The notes beneath the pieces were generated by a model. That model saw nothing but the letters and a program-made list of their open reading frames with translations. It did not search any database and was not told the DNA's origin. A stretch of DNA of 63,150 nucleotides, filler included, from a candidate division WOR-3 bacterium (GTDB lineage Bacteria; SDB-A): NCBI GenBank assembly GCA_016934535.1. It is 3 parts of 3 records of this genome, joined end to end, with 100 filler letters (N's around TTAATTAATTAA, not from the genome) between each part and the next. Parts side by side here need not be neighbours in the genome. Positions count along the whole stretch, not along the records: positions 44,683 to 63,150 come from JAFGSQ010000031.1; 2 more parts are not named here. One strand, given 5' to 3'. A program made the position numbers and the translations under genes. This document shows, piece by piece, positions 57,610 through 63,150 of this stretch; positions within the stretch are counted from its first letter, which is position 1; each line of letters opens with the position of its first letter.

Positions 57610-58378
57610 AAAATTATTGCGCTGTCATAAAGATATTCCCAAAGCATCAATTTCGTACTCTTTTGAAACTCCTCCAGGAAAAATTACTATGTCCGTCAAT
57701 AAGAACAAAATCCTTCACAGCGCCAGTCTTATGAAGCTTCCGGTTATGGCGGCTCTTTTCCGGATGGATGAAACAGGTTCTCTCCCCCTTTCGTCTTTTA
57801 TTTCACCAAAAACGGTGTACGACAGTTACGTCCACGGAAAGACCTTTTCTCCCGGACATACCCTTGAAAACAGAAAACACACGATTTTCGAACTCATAGA
57901 GAAAATGATAACGGTCTCCGACAATCAGGCAACGTGCGCGCTGATGGAAATCGTGCCGGTTCGAAATATTAATAATATCTTAAGCGATTGGGAAATGAAA
58001 AATACAACTGTGATCAGAAAGATTATGGATTTGCCGGCGCACGAATCCGGCGTGGACAACCTCACAACCGCCTCAGACATCTGCAGATTTTACAGAAATC
58101 TTTATTTTGGAAAAGGAATAAACGCACGATCCAAAAAAGGTATGATCGATTTATTGCTCGATCAAAAACTAAACGATAGAATACCTGCGTACATTTCTGA
58201 CAAATGGCCCGTTGCACATAAAACAGGCACCATAACCGGCCGCGTTTATGAATCCGGATTGGTTTTTTCAAACCCTGTCACGGTGTTCTCGGTCATGGTA
58301 ATCGGGCTCTCCAAAGAAAAAGCGGCTGATATCATAAGAATATTTCTTAAAACATATTTTTCCTCAATGTTCCGGTGA
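57596..58378 (+). CDS. Serine hydrolase, class A beta-lactamase-like (PBP-A type)
   Basis: SLMK (SxxK), SDN, HKTG. Confidence 0.85.
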   Translation: MSTVEKLLRCHKDIPKASISYSFETPPGKITMSVNKNKILHSASLMKLPVMAALFRMDETGSLPLSSFISPKTVYDSYVHGKTFSPGHTLENRKHTIFELIEKMITVSDNQATCALMEIVPVRNINNILSDWEMKNTTVIRKIMDLPAHESGVDNLTTASDICRFYRNLYFGKGINARSKKGMIDLLLDQKLNDRIPAYISDKWPVAHKTGTITGRVYESGLVFSNPVTVFSVMVIGLSKEKAADIIRIFLKTYFSSMFR

Positions 58379-58385
58379 CTGCTCA

Positions 58386-58517
58386 CGAGCAGAATCTTTG
58401 GTAGTCGGGTCAGGTGCAGAACTGATCATCGAGCAGAATATTTGGGGGTGGGGTTAGGTGCAGAACTGATCATCGAGCAGAATATTTGGGGGTGGGGTTA
58501 GGTGCAGAACTGCTCGA
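58386..58517. repeat. 44-bp tandem repeat, 3 copies
   Basis: Unit CGAGCAGAATATTTGGGGGTGGGGTTAGGTGCAGAACTGATCAT at 58386 (diverged), 58430 and 58474. Confidence 0.92.
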
Positions 58518-60324
58518 CAAGCAGAGTGTCTTCTTCGGAAAATGATCCGCCCTTGAGAGCGACGTTCATGACCACAATGTAATAAGGTTCCTGGTTTACC
58601 TTGCAAAGAGTAATTTCGTATTTTCTAAGCAGAATTCCTATACAGTTCATCAGCATTTCTCTGTCTTTCATTGCTATGGCAACTATGATCGATTTACCGT
58701 TTTTCTTTCCGTTTGTCCTGACCTCATTTATTATGCTTCCTTTTTTCGATATCGAATTTTTAGCGGCATTCAGGGCTTCAATTCCCGATTTTATCTCAAG
58801 AGCGAGCGTTTCTGTCGGGGTCTCAAATCTGTGAAATCCTTCCATGGAAAAATAAATCTCTGAAACAAGATTCTGATCGTAATCTTTTAGCGATTCTTTC
58901 ACTTCGAGAAGTTTTACGACGAACATTTTCTGCATACCTTCGTTGAAATCCCGATAGTTGTCGAAAGTTTCTCCGAAATACTCTTTCAGTCTGTTGTATG
59001 CCTCTTCTTCAGAAATGAACGCATCGAGGTCGCACTGAAGGTCGAACATGAAGACGCAAATATCGCCGTAACTTTTGGCTGGAATGAAATTCGCCACGAA
59101 AAAACCGGGGATTTTCTCGATTTCCTCGATAAAACTGATCTCAAATTCCTTGGTCATGCACGATTTCGAATTGACTATTACAATCTTGAAATGAACGGAA
59201 AATTCGTCGGAAAATACCTGCGCTATATATATCTGCGAGACGAGGGTGTCGCCGTATTCTCTCAGAAGTATCGGTATCACAGCTCTTGAATAGTGCTCCT
59301 GGCCGCCGGCAAGAAAATTTTTAAAGTTCATAAAGTTTACAGATGGAAATTTATTGACGGCTTTACTCAGATTCTTTCTCAGTCTTTCCAGATCATCTCC
59401 TATATAAAAATGATCGTCCGAACTGCTTATCTCGAGCCTAATCACTTTTATACCGTCTCTGGTAATAAAAGTTTTGTCAAATTTTCTTTGGGCTTTTTGA
59501 ACCGAATGATCAACTCTTGTCAGAATGTCGTCCAGAGTTATGTTTTGCTGATTTGCTGCGGCCGTTATGCACGTCAGCTCCTCCCTGTTAGTGGTCATGT
59601 TTTCGACGAAGACTTCGCCTTTTTGGGTTTCTCTGACCCTGTTGACGATATGAAAGTTCAACAGGATCTGTTCGCCTATTTGTTTTGTGGTTCTTTCTTT
59701 AAGATATTCGGTCGAACGGCTAGCAAAAAATTTTGCTATTTCACCCTCCGGGGCAGTTGTCTTTTTCCTGACATCCTCTCTGTCCCTGAGCTTCTCCTCA
59801 AGATACTGGACGACCTTGGCCATCATTTCAACTTTTCCTGATTCTGAAGCGACGAGTGAAGTTGTTCCAGTCATTCCCCATGAGGCAAAATTCAGTGTTC
59901 TCGTAATGTTGTCTTTCTCTTCAAAAAGCGCTCTCTTGAGATCTTCGTTTTCCGGCCTAATGTATAGTATTATCAATCCAATATTTTCAGGGGCTCCGTT
60001 ATCTGAAACGTCTATTACAAAAGCCAGAAGCCTCGTAATATTGAATTTTCGGGAATGAATTACGCTCACGCAGGCTTCGGACATTCCGGCCCAATCGCTT
60101 GAAGCAATGCAGAAAACGACGCCTGTTTTTTCTTCGTTTTCCCAGACGTCTTTGGAAACCACTGAAGTCGCGTTCCTGGTGTTTTCCCACAGATATACGG
60201 TTTCCGAAACAAGATCCCACGTGAGTTCGACGGGGAACTCTTCTTCAGCTTTGTCTATAACTTTTTTGGCTTTTTTCAAGTATTCTTCGGGAATCTTTAT
60301 TTTTTTATCTAACCTGATTATCAT
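58498..60324 (-). CDS. Hypothetical cytoplasmic protein with probable multiple ACT-like domains
   Basis: IASSDWAGMSEACVSVIHSRKFNI and FITRDGIKVIRLEI resemble GlnD/NAD-GDH ACT repeats; no catalytic motif recognised. Confidence 0.7.
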   Translation of the reverse strand: MIIRLDKKIKIPEEYLKKAKKVIDKAEEEFPVELTWDLVSETVYLWENTRNATSVVSKDVWENEEKTGVVFCIASSDWAGMSEACVSVIHSRKFNITRLLAFVIDVSDNGAPENIGLIILYIRPENEDLKRALFEEKDNITRTLNFASWGMTGTTSLVASESGKVEMMAKVVQYLEEKLRDREDVRKKTTAPEGEIAKFFASRSTEYLKERTTKQIGEQILLNFHIVNRVRETQKGEVFVENMTTNREELTCITAAANQQNITLDDILTRVDHSVQKAQRKFDKTFITRDGIKVIRLEISSSDDHFYIGDDLERLRKNLSKAVNKFPSVNFMNFKNFLAGGQEHYSRAVIPILLREYGDTLVSQIYIAQVFSDEFSVHFKIVIVNSKSCMTKEFEISFIEEIEKIPGFFVANFIPAKSYGDICVFMFDLQCDLDAFISEEEAYNRLKEYFGETFDNYRDFNEGMQKMFVVKLLEVKESLKDYDQNLVSEIYFSMEGFHRFETPTETLALEIKSGIEALNAAKNSISKKGSIINEVRTNGKKNGKSIIVAIAMKDREMLMNCIGILLRKYEITLCKVNQEPYYIVVMNVALKGGSFSEEDTLLVEQFCT

Positions 60325-60334
60325 TCCTGCCCTT

Positions 60335-60964
60335 TCAATGAGTCATTGCGTAACAGATTATATTTATTCCCATTCTGAACGCCTGTTCTCTGGCGCTTTC
60401 GGGATCGCGATGAACTCTGAAATCAGCCCATCCGTCTGAAATATTGCTTTCGTATGTATAAAACAGCGACAGTCTGCCGTTAATTTCGATACCCCAGCCT
60501 TCGGGAGAATTTCCGTCGTGTAAATGGATTTTCGGAAGACCGTCCGGAAAATTATAAGGCCAATTGTATATTACGTGTTCCAAAGAGACCTGTTCGAAAG
60601 TCAGCTCAGGAAAAGTTTCCGAAATAAACTTTCTGACATACCCATCGAATCCGTAATCGTCGTCAATGTATATGAACCCGCCTTCTTCAAGATACAGTCT
60701 GAACAGTCTTTTTTCATCATCAGTTACATCCAGTCCGCCGTGTCCTGTCATAAACAGGAACGGAGTTTTCGTAGACACTGCTTCTGCTATGTTCATGGAT
60801 TTTTCATATACATCGACGTTTGCATCAAATCTTTCGTTGAATTGAAATGCGAGATTTTCAAGACACGAGGGATCGTTATACCAGTCTCCTCCGTTATATT
60901 TGAGCCTTACCAAGCTCCAATTGAAACTGGAAAGCATAGTAAAAAAAAGAAAAATAAAAGTCAT
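60335..60964 (-). CDS. DUF4159 domain protein
   Basis: LKYNGGDWY, PFLFMTGHG, GGFIYIDD, PKIH.HDG, AFRMGINI..YA. Confidence 0.85.
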   Translation of the reverse strand: MTFIFLFFTMLSSFNWSLVRLKYNGGDWYNDPSCLENLAFQFNERFDANVDVYEKSMNIAEAVSTKTPFLFMTGHGGLDVTDDEKRLFRLYLEEGGFIYIDDDYGFDGYVRKFISETFPELTFEQVSLEHVIYNWPYNFPDGLPKIHLHDGNSPEGWGIEINGRLSLFYTYESNISDGWADFRVHRDPESAREQAFRMGINIICYAMTH

Positions 60965-63150
60965 AAACTGAAATTTATTGTCTCATCGTCGTCTATGAAA
61001 ACATCCTGACCGGATTTTATTTTTTTACCCTTTTTGGTTTTACCGAAATCTTTTTCCAATTCCCTCTTTTTATTTTCGAGATTTTCGATAATCTCCGTTA
61101 GCTCAGCTGCCCTTGTTTTCAAGGCGTTTATGTCAGCTTCAGCGGCATCGGCATCGCCGAATGAAATTGTTGCATGTTCTTTGCTTTTTTCAGCTTCTCT
61201 CAAATTGCCGCCGTCCCTTTTCAACATTGCAAGTTCGGTTTCCAATGAATAATTTCTGTTCTTGAGGTCAACGATAACATCCTCTTGTTTTTTTATTTCA
61301 TCAGCTAAAATCCTCGCGTCGCCCGTTTGAACAGCAGAAATACTCGTTTCAAGGTCTTTTTTCATGACGGCGATTTCTTTACACTCTTTTTCATATTTGC
61401 TCTTTTGGGCGTTCAGTTGATCGTGCTGTCTTTTCACAAGAGAGAGACTCTTCATCGCTTCTTCAGTTTCTTTTTCGAGCTCTTTTTTTCTGTTCATGCT
61501 TTCGGATATCGTGAACAGGAGTTTTGTGTTGTTGTCTTTTGCCTGATTTACAGACTTTTCCACGAGGTTCAGTTCGTCCAGCATGGATCTTTTCTTTTTT
61601 CCGAGAATATCAAGCTCCTCCTTCATTACAGCCATATTTTTCTGCGCAAGCTGGAAAGACTCTTTTTCAGATTGATATCTGTTCCTCAGTTTGTTGGTTT
61701 CCGCCCAAATCTCTTCGCTTTCCCTTTTCGTTTTTTCGTTCTCTGCTTTTATCTGCCTGAGAGCTTCCATAATTCCGGTCACGTCATCTGCTACGGAATT
61801 TTTAACATCTGTAAGCGAAGCTCTCTCTCTTTTGAACATTTCCATGTATCCTGAAAGAGTTTCCATTTTACCGTATATGGAATTCATTGCGTTCACAATG
61901 TCCTGTTGCTCGTATTTGACGCTGTTAATCTGTTCAAGATATGAAGCCATGTCTTTTGTAACTGATCCGCTTTTCTTTGCTATTTCTTCGACGTAAGTTT
62001 TCATGGTTTCGGCTTTTTCGGAAAGTATCCTGTTTTGTTCTGAAAGTTGTGCCTGTTTGATTTCGGTGTTTTTTATGAATTCTTTCGCGTTTTCAACCTC
62101 TCTGGAAAGCATTGACGCCTGGTTTTCGAGATTTGCTTTTTCCTCTCTTACATCGGCGACGGCAGTTTCTTCATTTTTCTTTTCAGTTAGCAGCCTCTTA
62201 TACTGTTCTGTCATGGCGACAAAATCGTTTTTCGTTTTTTCTATTTTTTCCTTCAGTCTTTCATTTATCTGTTCGTCTCTCAAAGCCTGCTGGGAAAGAT
62301 CCCTCAGTCTACCCGCTTCGTTTTCTATATCATTTTTGATATTGTTCAGTTTTTCATTTTCACTTTGAATAATCTCCTGAATCGAATTTCTTTCGAATTT
62401 GATATTCACCAGATCTTTTTTAAGAGAATCAATTTCGTTTGTAATATTCTGTCTTTCATCGTTCAAAGATTCGACAACGGCGTTCATTTCCTTTATTTTT
62501 TCTTCCTGATAGTTTTTCGTGTTTTCAAAATCCGCCTGCATGACCGACAAAGATATCTCGATTTCACTTTTTTCGGAAATGCCTTGTTTTATCTTTTCGT
62601 CCAAATCCGACAACTGCCTGGTTTTTTCTTCTTCAGCGAGAATTGCTTCGCTCTGCATTTTTCTGAGTTCATCAATTTTCACGTTCAAATCCGAAACTTC
62701 ACCGGTAAGTTCTTCTTTCAGTTTTTCAAGCTTGCCTTTGTCACTCTCTATTTCGCTTATGCGAGATAAAAGCTCTTCCAGATGAGTCGAAGATTTTTCG
62801 GATTTTTCGGCGATTTCGGAAAGCGATTTCTCTTTTTCAGCAATTTCGTCCGACAGGATTGTTGAAAGATCGGATTTTTCGCTTACGAGTTTCTCGATCT
62901 CGGACGCAAGTCTCTCTTTCTCCGCATTTCCGGACTCTGCCTCCTGCATCAAAATCGCAATATCCGACTCGAAACGCGCCTTTTCAGAACTCAAAGACTC
63001 AAGGCGCTCCTCCAATTCCGACACTACACCCTTCAGTTCCTCACGTCTTATCTCCATGCCCGCGTTCTCCGACGCCATGAGATTTCTCTCAACTCCCGCT
63101 TTCTCCGTCTCCGCCTTCAGCGACTCCAGTTCTCTCTCAACGCCGGACAA
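60961..63150 (-). CDS. Very long coiled-coil protein (5' end outside the window)
   Basis: More than 700 aa of E/K-rich heptads with no globular motif. Confidence 0.8.
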   Translation of the reverse strand: MSGVERELESLKAETEKAGVERNLMASENAGMEIRREELKGVVSELEERLESLSSEKARFESDIAILMQEAESGNAEKERLASEIEKLVSEKSDLSTILSDEIAEKEKSLSEIAEKSEKSSTHLEELLSRISEIESDKGKLEKLKEELTGEVSDLNVKIDELRKMQSEAILAEEEKTRQLSDLDEKIKQGISEKSEIEISLSVMQADFENTKNYQEEKIKEMNAVVESLNDERQNITNEIDSLKKDLVNIKFERNSIQEIIQSENEKLNNIKNDIENEAGRLRDLSQQALRDEQINERLKEKIEKTKNDFVAMTEQYKRLLTEKKNEETAVADVREEKANLENQASMLSREVENAKEFIKNTEIKQAQLSEQNRILSEKAETMKTYVEEIAKKSGSVTKDMASYLEQINSVKYEQQDIVNAMNSIYGKMETLSGYMEMFKRERASLTDVKNSVADDVTGIMEALRQIKAENEKTKRESEEIWAETNKLRNRYQSEKESFQLAQKNMAVMKEELDILGKKKRSMLDELNLVEKSVNQAKDNNTKLLFTISESMNRKKELEKETEEAMKSLSLVKRQHDQLNAQKSKYEKECKEIAVMKKDLETSISAVQTGDARILADEIKKQEDVIVDLKNRNYSLETELAMLKRDGGNLREAEKSKEHATISFGDADAAEADINALKTRAAELTEIIENLENKKRELEKDFGKTKKGKKIKSGQDVFIDDDETINFSL

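Noticed and set aside
57596-58378. True class A beta-lactamase resistance gene
   Set aside because: No signal peptide and no recognisable E166 omega-loop motif
58386-58517. CRISPR array
   Set aside because: Period is only 44 bp, two of three variable parts are identical, and no cas genes are in the window
60961-63150. SMC chromosome segregation protein
   Set aside because: No hinge or C-terminal LSGG / Walker B head motifs

Overview
Bacterial draft-genome or MAG sequence made of three contigs (1-30163, 30264-44582, 44683-63150) joined by artificial 100-nt N-TTAATTAATTAA-N linkers, so adjacency across the gaps is not biological. Gene content (LpxH-like, PorV/UPF0164 barrel, secretion-CTD-like cargo, V/A-type ATPase, archease-RtcB) suggests a diderm, probably anaerobic FCB-superphylum-like lineage such as WOR-3; this taxonomy is inference. 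Contig 1 holds phoH-pgpH-ybeY-2xCNNM-queG, nadA-rseC-queF, archease-rtcB, rsgA, hflX, a DUF89 phosphatase, and a tRNA-Lys-headed signalling cluster (cNMP protein, OM protein, PATAN-histidine kinase, REC-PATAN-Roadblock, Roadblock, PorV-like, PATAN-wHTH). Contig 2 holds a peptidoglycan-remodelling operon, an HD-GYP regulator, an aminotransferase and peptidases. Contig 3 holds an AT-rich TPR/secreted-protein segment, a complete Na+-type V-ATPase operon, an M23/serine hydrolase pair, a 44-bp tandem repeat and a catalytic-domain-less multi-ACT protein. Best leads: (1) an hflX leader with a start-stop mini-ORF whose readthrough would unfold an SD-sequestering hairpin; (2) a 16-aa leader peptide upstream of rsgA; (3) the GTPase-less PATAN/Roadblock two-component cluster; (4) a VanZ-like membrane protein coupled to a protein with a Cys-less lipobox-like signal. 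All calls come from motif recognition by eye; no searches were run.
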